Assembly (NCBI GenBank): GCA_964016885.1
Contig: OZ024741.1
Span: forward strand, 23,560,001-23,624,000
DNA from: Eledone cirrhosa
Taxonomy: Eukaryota
Direction of reading: 5' to 3'
DNA: 64,000 bases
Shown here: one piece after another, positions 9,590 through 23,535 of the stretch
How the letters are laid out: every line of letters begins with the position of its first letter
Numbering within the stretch: position 1 is the stretch's first letter
Position numbers and translations under genes: made by a program
Notes under the pieces: generated by a model
The model's input: only the letters and a program-made list of their open reading frames with translations
What the model was told of the DNA's origin: nothing
The model's database searches: none

Positions 9590-12500
9590 CATGTTAGGGC
9601 TGCGCACGGTAGTGGGTGGTCTGGTGCGGCCATGTGCGAGAACCCCCCGACCGTCTTCAAGCAATCGCACTACAGGAAAAGGTACAAGAATATGAAGACG
9701 TCGCATCTCAGAGTTGCAACACTTAATGTTGGCACTCTCACAGGTAGATCTGGTGAAATAGCGGAGATGCTGGAGAGAAGACATGTGGATGTGTGCTGCG
9801 TGCAAAAGGTGAGATGGAGAGGTGCCTCTGTGAGACTAATCGCAGGCAAACATCTTAGTTATAAGCTTTTCTGGGTAGATAAGGATGATGGGTTAGGAGG
9901 AGTAGGCATTTTCCTTGCTGAGAGATGGATCAATAAGATAATAAAGGTAGTTCGAGTTAATAATAGAATTAAGCTTAAATTTGTTGTAGGCAGGAGACTA
10001 CTGACAATCATCTCTGCCTAGGCTCCCCAGACAGGCCTACGTAAAGAAGAGAAAGACTGCTTTTACGAGCAACTTTTACAAACAGCCGTAATGACAGAGG
10101 ACGGAGACATCGTTATGCTAGCAGGGGATTTCAATGGTCATGTTGGACAGCTCCAGGATGGTTACACTAGGGTACATGGTGGGCACGGTTACGGCTCAAG
10201 AAATGAAGGAGTGAGACTTCTTGAATTTTGTGATGCAAGTGCACTAACCATTTGCAACACTAACTTCCAGAAACCTGCCAACCACCTAATAACCTACAAA
10301 TCAGGCGAGCACATAAGCCAGATTGACTTCTTACTAGTTAGGCAGCGAGACAGGCAGATGGTCTCAAATACCAAGGCATACCCTGGGCAAGAATGTACCC
10401 TACTACAGCATAGGTTAGTCGTTAGTGATATCTCAGTAAGCAAGAGACGGAATGAGATATACAGGAAAGTGTGGAGAAGAAAGGTCTGGAAGCTAAAAGA
10501 CCTTTCACTAAAATACAAATTTAGGAAAGCCCTTCAAGATGTGTGTGACGAACAAGACGACGATTTAGAGTCATATGACATAGATGATAACTGGAATTTC
10601 TTACGTGACAACTTACTGCAGGTTACTGATGAAACTTGTGGCTGGAACAGAGCTCCAACGAGACAGAGAGTGACCTGGTGGTGGAACAGCATGGTAGATA
10701 GGGCCATTAGAGACAAAAGACTAGCATGCAATGCTTGGAAAAAGGGTGGGAGTAGAGAAGGATATACAGCCACTAAGAGGGAAGCTAGACGTCAGGTGTA
10801 CTTAGCACGCGGGGAGGCTGAGAGTAGGAGGTTTGCCAAGGTTCTGCGACAGGAAGATGAGAGACGTGCAATGTTCCACAAATCAGGATGTTGTTGGAGA
10901 TAAATGTGTCCGGAATGATGCCGGTGTACTTAGTGTCACGAATGATTAGAAAAAGGAGGCCTGGAAATGTCATTATGAGAGACTGATGAATGTGGAGAAC
11001 GAATGGGAGAGAGAGAAATTACCCTCAGTAGATCCAACAGAGGGACCAGCTATTGAGATTGATGAATATAGGGTCAAAAAGGCGATTAAGAAAATGAAAA
11101 ATGGTAAGGCCGCTGGACCGTCTGGGATGGTTGCTGAGATACTGAAGGCATCAGGGGACGTAGGCACTAAACTGGTTGCACGCATCATCAGTCAGGCTAT
11201 ATATGGCGGTGTCATACCCCAAAACTGGTGCAGCAGTATTCTCATAAATTGCTACAAAGGTAAAGGGGATGCTCTGGAGAGGAGCAATTATAGGGGTATA
11301 AAACTGATGGATCAGGTTATGAAAGTGGCAGAAAGCATATTAACACAACTAATTAGAGAAAGAGTCAAACTAGATGAGATGCAGTTTGGTTTTGTGCCTG
11401 GGAAAAGTACAACAGATGCCCTCTTCTTGGTGAGACAATTACGAGAGAGGTTCTTAGAGAAGAATAAGCCACTATACTTAGCTTTTGTTGACCTAGAGAA
11501 GGCCTTTGATAGGGTACCCCGATCTGTCATCTGGTGGTCCCTAAGGAAACTAGGAATGGCTTGTGAGGACAGTGCAAACTTTGTACAGAGGTGCTGTCAG
11601 TAAAGTCAGGGTAGGAATGGAGTTTAGTGAGGAATTCCAGATATAAGTAGGAGTACATCAGGGTTCGGTCCTCAGCACGCTCTTGTTCATTATAGTCCTC
11701 CAAGCCATAACGGAGGAGTTTAAGACTGGCTGTCCATGGGAACTTCTCTATGCTGATGATCTGGCTCTTATAGCAGAATCAGTAGAGGAGCTAGAGAATA
11801 AATTCTGGCTATGGAAACGGCAGTTGGAATCAAGAGGACTGAGAGTGAACTTAGCTAAGACAAAAGTGTTGATGAGTAGAAAAGAGGACAAAACTCTGAT
11901 TCCGTCAGGGAAATGGCCATGTTCAATATGCAGAAAAGGAATTGGCATAAATTATATAAAATGCACACAATGCAGATCTTGGGTACACAAGAGATGTAGC
12001 GGGATAGCAGGCAAACTAACAGGTAGGGAAAAATACGTATGCAGTCGATGTACAGGGAAATTTGACAGTAGAAGTCGCATTGATAGACACATTTTTCAAA
12101 TGCAGGTGGGTGCTATAGAAGTGGTTGATAGCTTCCGGTACCTAGGTGATCAGATTAGCATGGGAGGGGGGTGTTCCGAGGCCATAGTATCTAGAATAAG
12201 GACGGGTTGGAAGAAGTTTAGGGAGCTTCTTCCTCTGCTGATGAAGAAGGGTTTCTCCCTGCATACGAAAGGCCGGTTGTATGATGCCTGTGTGAGGAGC
12301 GTGATGCTGCATGGTAGTGAGACATGGGCAGCGACTGCAGAGGATACACGACGGCTGGAGAGAAAGGAGGCAAACATGCTCCATTAGATGTGCAGTGTCA
12401 ATGTGCGTGAACGACCGAGCATGGATGTGTTGAGAGAGAAACTGTGTCTGAGAGGGATAGATTGTAGTGTGCGGGAGAGGAGACTGAGGTGGTATGGACA

Positions 12501-12730
12501 TGGCGGATGACCGATGGGTGAAGAAGTGCCAGGAAATGCCAGTTGAAGGAAGACGTGGTAGAGGTAGACCACGAAAAACATGGGCGGAGGTGGTGAGAGC
12601 AGACCTCAGATCGCTGAAGCTCACGGTGGAGATGACGAAGGACCGTGACAAGTGGAGAGATGCTGTGCTGAATAGGACCCATCCCACCCTTACAATCAGG
12701 GAAAAGCAGACGTAAAATGAAGATGATGAT
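9590..12730 (+). mobile_element. Near full-length decayed RTE LINE (APE endonuclease, RT, PHD finger)
   Basis: ATLNVGTL, GDFNGHVG, SQIDF (APE); KAAGPSG, QFGF, AFVDLEKAFD, YADD (RT). Stops at 10019 and 12385 plus several frameshifts; (ATG)-type tail. Confidence 0.97.
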
Positions 12731-12741
12731 ATATATGTATG

Positions 12742-12775
<34 letters not shown>

Positions 12776-13175
12776 TATATATACATAAAGAAATTTAACT
12801 CAAAAGTAGAGTGTTTTGAAAAGTGAGTGTATAGGAATCTCAGGAAAATGGGAAACTCGGTGTATGGAAGCTGTTAGAACAGCAAAATACGGTTGAAGCA
12901 GTGTTGGGTAAAATATTTCCTGGAAGGACAGAGATCAGTGGCTAGATGTGAGTTGATTTGAAGGAAGGAAGAGAAGATAGGAAGGAAGAAAAAGAACGGA
13001 TGAAAACGAACAGATCATAAACATTAATATACGCTCGTCAGATTTCAACTTCCAACGGTTTTGATGAATTAATGAGACTACTGTAGGGAATAGGAGGCTC
13101 GTAACGGAGAATCAAGTATCTTCGTTCATATATTGTTTGTGTTGGGACAATTTAGAGAGAGAGAGAAAGATGATA

Positions 13176-13496
13176 CATCATCATCATTTTTACGTCCGCT
13201 TTTCCCTGCTTGCAAGGGTGGTACGGGAACTGATTCTCGCTTGATTTCTACAGCTGGATGCCCTTCCTAACACCAACCTCATTTACAGTGAGTGCTGGTT
13301 GCTTTTTTGCCGTGGCCCCTACACGACCACTTTGCAGTGGAATGATAGGGACCCCAGTCCCTAGCATCTCATTTCTACAGCTGAGTAAACTGGAGCAATG
13401 TGAAATAAAGTGCCTTGCTCAAGGAAACAGCACATCACCCGGTCTGAGAATTGAACGCACAACCTTTTGATTGCAAGGCCAATGCTCTAACCACTG
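13176..13496 (-). mobile_element. SINE pieces: tRNA head (13365-13496) and RTE-type tail (13176-13330)
   Basis: Reverse complement gives agtggttagagcattggc (A box), gttcaattctc (B box), ccttgagcaaggcacttt; tail gttaggaagggcatccagctgtag..gacgtaaaaatgatgatg. Confidence 0.7.
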
Positions 13497-14390
13497 TATA
13501 TATATATATGTATGTATTTATATATATGTGGGTGTGAGGATGTGTGTGTGTGTGTGTGTGTGTGTGTGATTGTAGACACCTGACCATTTTTGCAGACCTC
13601 ACCAATGAATAGCCATTGTTTGTTTGGAATAAATGACCCTTAATAATTAGAAGTGCCTCTCAGTTTGTCTATAGGTACTTGGCTTGAATTTTCTTCTGTC
13701 TTTGTTTCTCTAAATATAGTTTTTAAAGAATCTCCTTTCTTTAAATCCATCAACCAATGGCCTCCACACACCCCAATCACCAGAAAATGTATAAATAGCA
13801 CCATATTACTTGGATAGTCGGCTTTCTGATGATTTCTCCCGAATGAAACAGTTCTAATCCTGTAGAAGCCATTTCTATATTAAATATTTACACTCTGCTG
13901 TATTGAGTACCTTACTTACTGTGGTTACCACCGATTGAACCCGGGATAAACATATATATATATATATATGTTTGAGGTTGTGTATGTATATATGTATATA
14001 TCTTTAAATATTAAAACCTGTTCACTTGAGTTACTAATTCAATTTTTACGTTCCGCTATGTTAAATATTAGCTGTTGCACTAACATTGATTTCAAGAAGT
14101 TTATGAGGTAACAATTAATTTATATTTCCATTTAATAATTCTGATGATTCCAATTTTTTGTTTATTTAATTGATTGAGTAATAATTAATTATGTGTCTAC
14201 TTAAAATGTGGATGAAACTTTCATTAATTTATTAAAATGAATTATAATTGACCATTTTGGTATTTTATAATATCAGAGTGTGTGTGTTTGTTTGTGTGTG
14301 CCATCCACAGGTAATGGTTTAAGTAATATAGTGATATAGTTATGCATTATAACTGGAGGTAAACATTTATAGCTTGTCCACTTAAATATT

Positions 14391-17300
14391 CTACACTATA
14401 AGTACACTATACACTATACTATACACTATACAGTACACAATACACGATACACTATACACTATACAATACACAATACAGTATACAGTACACTATACACTAT
14501 ACAGTACACTATACAATATACAATACACTATACAGTACACCATACACTATACAGTACACCATACACTATACAGTACACCATACACTATACAGTACACCAT
14601 ACACTACACTATACACTATACAGTACACTATACACTATACAGTACACTATACACTATACAGTACACAATACACTATACAGTACACAATACACTATACAGT
14701 ACACCATACACTATACAGTACACCATACACTATACAGTACACCATACACTATACAGTACACCATACACTATACAGTACACCATACACTATACAGTACACC
14801 ATACACCATACACTACACTATACACTATACAGTACACTATACACTATACAGTACACTATACACTATACAGTACACTATACACTATACAGTACACAATACA
14901 CTATACAGTACACAATACACTATACAGTACACAATACACTATACAGTACACTATACACTATACAGTACACTATACACTATACAGTACACTATACACTATA
15001 CAGTACACAATACACTATACAGTACACTATACACTATATACTATACACTATACAGTACACTATACACTATACAGTACACTATACACTATACAGTACACAA
15101 TACACTATACAGTAAACTATACACTATACAGTACACAATACACTATACAGTACACAATACACTATACAGTACACTATACACTATGCAGTACACTATACAC
15201 TATACAGTACACTCACTATACACTATATACTATACAGTACACTAAACACTATATACTATACAGTACACTAAACACTATACAATACACAATACACAATACA
15301 CTATACAGTAGACTATAGACTATACACTATACAGTACACTATACACTAAACTATACACTATACAGTACACAATATACTATACAGTACTCTATACACTATA
15401 CGGTACACAATACACTATACAGTACACTATACACAATACACTATACAGTACACAATACACTATACACTATACAGTACACAATACAGCACACAATACACTA
15501 TACAGTACATTATACACTATACAGTACACTATACATTATACAGTACACAATACACTATACACTACAGAATACACAATGCACTATACAGTACACAATACAC
15601 TATACAGTACACTATACACTATACAGTACACAATACACTATACACTATACAGTACAGAATACACAATGCACTATACAGTACACAATACACTATACAGTAC
15701 ACAATACACTATACAGTACACTATACACTATACAGTACACTATACACTATACAGTACACAATACACTATACACTATACACTATACAGTACACCATACACT
15801 ATACAGTACACTATACAGTAAACTATACATTATACAGTACACAATACACTATACAGTACACTATACACTATACAGTACACTATACACTATACAGTACACT
15901 ATACACTATACAGTACACTATACACTATACAGTACACTATACACTATACAGTACACTATACACTATACAGTACACAATACACTATACAGTAAACTATACA
16001 CTATACAGTACACAATACACTATACAGTACACTATACACTATACAGTACACTATACACTATACAGTACACTATACACTATACAGTACACTATACACTATA
16101 CAGTACACTATACACTATACAGTACACTATAAACTATACAGTACACTATACACTATACAGTAAACTATACACTATACAGTACACAATACACTATACAGTA
16201 CACTATACACAATACACTATACAGTACACTATACACTATACAATACAATATACAGTACACTATACACTATACGGTACACAATACACTATACAGTACACTA
16301 TACACAATACACTATACAGTAAACTATACACTATACACTATACAGTACACAATACACTATACAATACACAATACACTATACAGTACACTAAACACTATAC
16401 AATACACTATACAGTACACAATACACTATACAGTACACTATACACTATACACTATACAGTACACAATACACTGTACACTATACACTACACTATACACAAT
16501 ACAGTACATTATACACTATACATTACACAATACACTATACACTATACAGTACACTATACACTATACAGTACACCATATACTATACAGTACACTATACAGT
16601 ACACCATACACTATACAGTACACTGTACACTATACAGTACACTATACACTATGCAGTACACTATACACTATGCAGTACACTATACACTATACACTATACA
16701 GTACACTCACTATACACTATATACTATACAGTACACTAAACACTATATACTATACAGTACACTAAACACTATACAATACACAATACACTAGACTATACAC
16801 TATACACTATACAGTACACTATACACTATACACTATACAGTACACTATACACTATACAGTACACAATATACTATACAGTACACTATACACTATACAGTAC
16901 ACTATAAACTATACAGTACACTATACACTATACAGTAAACTATACACTATACAGTACACAATACACTATACAGTACACTATACACAATACACTATACACT
17001 ATACAGTACACAATACACTATACAGTACACTATACACTATACACTATACAGTACACTATACAGTAAACTATACACTATACACTATACAGTACACAATACA
17101 CAATACACTATACAGTACACTAAACACTATACAGTACACAATACACTATACAGTACACTATACACTATACAGTACACAATACACTGTACACTATACACTA
17201 TACACTATACACAATACAGTACATTATACACTATACAGTACACAATACACTATACACTATACAGTACACTATAGAGTACACCATATACTATACAGTACAC

Positions 17301-20300
17301 TATACTATACACTATACACTATACAGTACACCATACACTATACAGTACACTGTACACTATACACTATACAGTACACTCACTATACACTATATACTATACA
17401 GTACACTAAACACTATATACTATACAGTACACTAAACACTATACAATACACAATACACTATACAGTAGACTATACACTATACACTAAACTATACACTATA
17501 CAGTACACAATATACTATACAGTACTCTATACACTATACGGTACACAATACACTATACAGTACACTATACACAATACACTATACAGTACACTATACACAA
17601 TACACTATACAGTACACTATACACTATACACAATACACTATACAGTACACAATACACTATACAGTACACAATACAGCACACAATACACTATACAGTACAT
17701 TATACACTATACAGTACACTATACATTATACAGTACACAATACACTATACAGTACACAATACACTATACAGTACACTATACACTATACAGTACACAATAC
17801 ACTATACACTATACAGTACAGAATACACAATGCACTATACAGTACACAATACACTATACAGTACACAATACACTATACAGTACACTGTACACTATACACT
17901 ATACAGTACACAATACACTATACAGTACACAATACACTATACAGTACACAATACACTATATACAATACACTATACAGTACACTATACACTATACAGTACA
18001 CTGTACACTATACAGTACACAATACACTATACACTATACACTATACAGTACACCATACACTATACACTATACAGTAAACTATACACTATACAGTACACAA
18101 TACACTATACAGTACACTATACACTATACAGTACACTATACACTATACAGTACACTATACACTATACAGTAAACAATACACTATACAGTAAACTATACAC
18201 TATACAGTACACAATACACTATACAGTACACTATACACTATACACTATACAGTACACTATAGACTATACAGTACACAATACAGTACACTATACACTATAC
18301 ACTATACAGTACACTATAAACTATACAGTACACTATACACTATACAGTAAACTATACACTATACAGTACACAATACACTATACACAATACACTATACTGT
18401 ACACAATACAATATACAGTACACTATACACTATACGGTACACAATACACTATACAGTACACTATACACAATACACTATACAGTAAACTATACACTATACA
18501 CTATACAGTACACAATACACTATACAATACACAATACACTATACAGTACACTAAACACTATACAGTACACAATACACTATACAGTACACAATACACTATA
18601 CAGTACACTATACACTATACAGTACACAATACACTGTACACTATACACTATACACTACACTATACACAATACAGTACATTATACACTATACAGTACACAA
18701 TACACTATACACTATAGAGTACACCATATACTATACAGTACACTATACTATACACTATACACTATACAGTACACTGTACACTATACAGTACACTATACAC
18801 TATGCAGTACACTATACACTACACTATACACTATACAGTACACTATACACTATACACTATACACTATATACTATACAGTACACTAAACACTATACAATAC
18901 ACAATACACAATACACTAGACTATACACTATACACTATACAGTACACTATACACTATACAGTACACTATACACTATACAGTACACAATATACTATACAGT
19001 ACTCTATACACTATACGGTACACAATACACTATACAGTACACTATACACAATACACTATACACTATACAGTACACAATACACTATACACTATACAGTACA
19101 CAATACACTATACACTATACACAATACAGCACACAATACACTATACAGTACATTATACACTGTACAGTACACTATACATTATACAGTACACAATACACTA
19201 TACAGTACAGAATACACAATGCACCATACAGTACACAATACACTATACAGTACACTGTACACTATACACTATACAGTACACAATACACTATACACTATAC
19301 AGTACAATATACACTATGCGGTACACAATACACTATACAGTACACTATACACAATACACTATACAGTACACTATACACTATACAGTACACTATACACTAT
19401 ACAGTACACTATAAACTATACAGTACACTATACACTATACAGTAAACTATACACTATACAGTACACAATACACTATACAGTACACAATACACTATACAGT
19501 ACACTATACACTATACGGTACACAATACACTATACAGTACACTATACACAATACACTATACAGTAAACTATACACTATACAGTACACAATACACAATACA
19601 CTATACAGTACACTAAACACTATACAGTACACAATACACTATACAGTACACTATACACTATACAGTATACTATACACTATACAGTACACAATACACTATA
19701 CACTATACAGTAGACTATACACTATACAGTATACTATACACTATACAGTACACAATACACTATACACTATACACTACACTATACACAATACAGTACATTA
19801 TACACTATACAGTACACAATACACTATACACTATACAGTACACCATACACTATACAGTACACTGTACACTATACACTATGCAGTACACTATACACTATAC
19901 AGTACACTATACACTATACACTATACAGTACACTCACTATACACTATATACTATACAGTACACTAAACACTATATACTATACAGTACACTAAACACTATA
20001 CAATACACAATACACTATACAGTAGACTATACACTATACACTATACAGTACACTATACACTATACAGTACACTATACACTATACAGTACACAATATACTA
20101 TACAGTACTCTATACACTATACGGTACACAATACACTATACAGTACACTATACACTACACAATACACTATACACAATACAGCGCACAATACACTATACAG
20201 TACATTATACACTATACAGTACACTATACATTATACAGTACACAATACACTATACAGTACAGAATACACAATGCACCATACAGTACACAATACACTATAC

Positions 20301-21656
20301 AGTACACTGTACACTATACAATACACAATACACTATACAGTACACTGTACACTATACACTATACAGTACACAATACACTATACACAATACACTATACACT
20401 ATACAGTACACAGTACACAATACACTATACAGTACACCATACACTATACAGTACACTATACACTATACAGTAAACTATACACTATACAGTACACAATACA
20501 CTATACAGTACACTATACACTATACAGTACACTATACACTATACAGTACACAATACACTATACAGTAAACTATACACTATACAGTACACTATACACTATA
20601 TAGTACACAATACACTATACAGTAAACTATACACTATACAGTACACTATACACTATACAGTAAACTATACACTATACAGTACACTATACACTATACAGTA
20701 CACAATACACTATACAGAACACAATACACTATACAGTACACTATACACTATACAGTACACAATACACTATACAGAACACAATACACTATACAGTACACTA
20801 TACACTATACAGTACACAATACACTATACAGTACACAATACACTATACAGTACACAATACACTATACAGTACACAATACACTATACAGTACACAATACAC
20901 AATACTCTATACAGTACACAATACACTATACACTATACAGTACACAATACACTATACAGTAAACTATACACTATACAGTACACTATACACTATACAGTAA
21001 ACTATACACTATACAGTACACTATACACTATACAGTACACAATACACTATACAGTACACTATACACTATACAGTACACTATACAGTACACAATACACTAT
21101 ACAGTACACTATACACTATACAGTACACTATACACTATACAGTACACCATACACTATACACTATACAGTACACCATACACTATACACTATACAGCACACC
21201 ATACACTATACACTATACAGTACACTATACACTATACACTAAACTATCCACTATACTGTACACTATACACAATACACTATACACTATACAGTACACTATA
21301 CAGTACACTATACACTATACAGTACACAATACACTATACTGTACACTATACACTATACAGTAAACTATACACTATACTATACACCATACAGTACACTATA
21401 CAGTACACTATACACTATACAGTACACTATACACTATACAGTACAGTATACACTATACAGTAAACTATACACTATACAGTACACTATACACTATACAGTA
21501 AACTATACACTATACAGTAAACTATACACTATACAGTAAACTATACACTATACAGTACACTATACACTATACACAATACAGTACACTATACACTATACAG
21601 TACACAATACACTACACTATACACTATACTATACACCATACAGTACACTATACACT
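14391..21656. repeat. Satellite 1 left arm, ~19-bp unit TACACTA-TACAG-TACAC(T/A)A
   Basis: Directly visible; built from 7-nt and 5-nt subunits; the 19-aa periodicity of the pseudo-ORFs equals 3x19 nt. Confidence 0.99.
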
Positions 21657-21891
21657 TGTAGTAAGACGCCTCATGCTCCTTGATAGAACAACGCCGGTTG
21701 AGAATGCCAGAAAGAAAAGACAGACAGCCACTGGAAAGCCGACTGATCACACGCCAGAAACCAGCCTCTGTACAACACCTTTGTTTGTGCTACATCAAAA
21801 AATAAACGTATGTTTCATCTCTAATTTCTGCTGTTGAAATAATTATTATGTCACTCGTATCTCGATAACATCTACAACTAATACTGCTAAA
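21657..21891 (+). repeat. 5' LTR (TGTAG...CTAAA)
   Basis: Matches 26915-27149 with 6 substitutions by my count; contains AATAAA. Confidence 0.97.
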
Positions 21892-21892
21892 G

Positions 21893-21907
21893 TGGTGACC
21901 CCGACGT
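21893..21907 (+). promoter_or_regulatory. Primer-binding site, tRNA-Trp
   Basis: TGGTGACCCCGACGT is complementary to the 3' end (..ACGTCGGGGTCACCA) of eukaryotic tRNA-Trp. Confidence 0.9.
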
Positions 21908-22758
21908 AAGAATTTAACGCAGCCCTTCTTTTTCACGCTGCCGGCCTTTTTTCGCAACTTGTGAAAATAAAAAATATTCCTTTTAAAATTATCGAAAAAT
22001 TAGTAGTATTTCAAAAAAACTTTTTGCTACACTCGACAACAACAAAGACAGCAGCAGCAGCGACAACATTGTTTAACCACTGACCAAAACAGGGAATAGT
22101 GAGTGGCAGCTTCATAGCCTTACCGACGCAAACCACCACACATCGGAAATATCAAAACGATTCATTCGTGTCGATAATTTAGAGCAACTTTTTTTTATTC
22201 ACTTGAATATTTCATTTCCGTTGCCAACTTTTTCGCAACTTACAGAAGAAAAAAGAAAAAAGTGTATTTTTCCGGCGTTGCGTTCCTTCCCAGTTTTGTA
22301 ACGGACACATTTTTTGAATTGCGTATGTGTTCCATGACTGATCAAGAGAGAAGAGACTAAACTTTTTTTTGGTGAACATAACTGCCCCGCATGGGGATAT
22401 ACATGCCTTACCTTTTTCTAAGGGATTTTTAGCCACTGGCTACCTTTGTTGATATCCAACGCGGATATATTTTAAAAAAAAAAAAAAACATTTTTTTTTC
22501 CCTCTTTTTTACCTTATTTGATTTGGCTGGTTCGTTGAGGCAACGCGAGGGGACAGACGTTGAAGGAAAATTTTTTTTTAAAAGATATATATCTGTATTT
22601 TATGTATTTTGCATATTTCCTTATGTTTTGAATGTCTGTTTCTTTTTGCCCTTTAACTTTTTCTCAATATTGGCTGTTCTCTTTTTACTGTACAAGGGTA
22701 CATTAATTGCTCTTGAGATATATAGGTATATATATTTGTTTTAATTTTAAAAGTTGAC

Positions 22759-23535
22759 ATGAATGTACCACATTTGCCCGCCTTTACTGGAAAACCTAAG
22801 ATGTGGTTTGCCCAGTTACAGGCGTATTTTACGGTCTGTAAGACCGAATCTGACCAGCGCCTCGCTGTACTGATTAGCGGCCTTCCCCCTAATCTAGCAG
22901 ATTCGGTCCAAGACCTAATTACAGACCCCCCCTCTGACTTGACGTATGAGTTTTTGAAGGGCGAGATTTTGAGGAGGAATTGTAAGTCGGTAGAGAGTCG
23001 TTTTCGGTCACTGATCGAGGACGAACGATTAGGTGACAGGACCCCTACCGCTTTTCTCCAGCATTTGCGGGATTTGAGCGATTCCCAAGATCAGGATAGC
23101 CCTTTCCTGAAGCAATTGTTCTTCTCTCGCCTACCTCAAGAGGTACAGGCGATCCTAGCCCATATGCTAGAGGTGAATACCCTGGATCACATTGCTGTCG
23201 CTGCTGACAAAATTGTAGAGGTGACGAAGAGAGACACTTCGAAGCCAAAGTACGTTGCTTCCTCTTCTCTTCCTCAATCACGCTCATCAGCGTCTGATGA
23301 CAAATTAATCACCTCTATGGAAGCCATGACTCGTCAAATGGCGGAGTTGTGCACGGAATTCAGGTCCTTTGGACGGCAGAGGAGCCGCTCACGACGTTAT
23401 TCAACTTCTCGCCACCGTAGCCCTTCCAACACACCAGGAACACCATATTGTTATTACCATGAAAGATATGGTAAAAAAGCCGCCCGTTGTAGGCCTCCTT
23501 GTGCTTACGAGGGAAAAGACGACCAGAGTCACTAA
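22759..23535 (+). CDS. gag: Gag (258 aa)
   Basis: [28 protein letters not shown], and C-x2-H-x9-C-x3-C knuckle ([18 protein letters not shown]). Confidence 0.93.
   Translation: MNVPHLPAFTGKPKMWFAQLQAYFTVCKTESDQRLAVLISGLPPNLADSVQDLITDPPSDLTYEFLKGEILRRNCKSVESRFRSLIEDERLGDRTPTAFLQHLRDLSDSQDQDSPFLKQLFFSRLPQEVQAILAHMLEVNTLDHIAVAADKIVEVTKRDTSKPKYVASSSLPQSRSSASDDKLITSMEAMTRQMAELCTEFRSFGRQRSRSRRYSTSRHRSPSNTPGTPYCYYHERYGKKAARCRPPCAYEGKDDQSH

Noticed and set aside
13570-13880. Possible extra minus-strand exon
   Set aside because: In-frame stops and no clean splice pair; exons 33958 and 4295 already join in phase.
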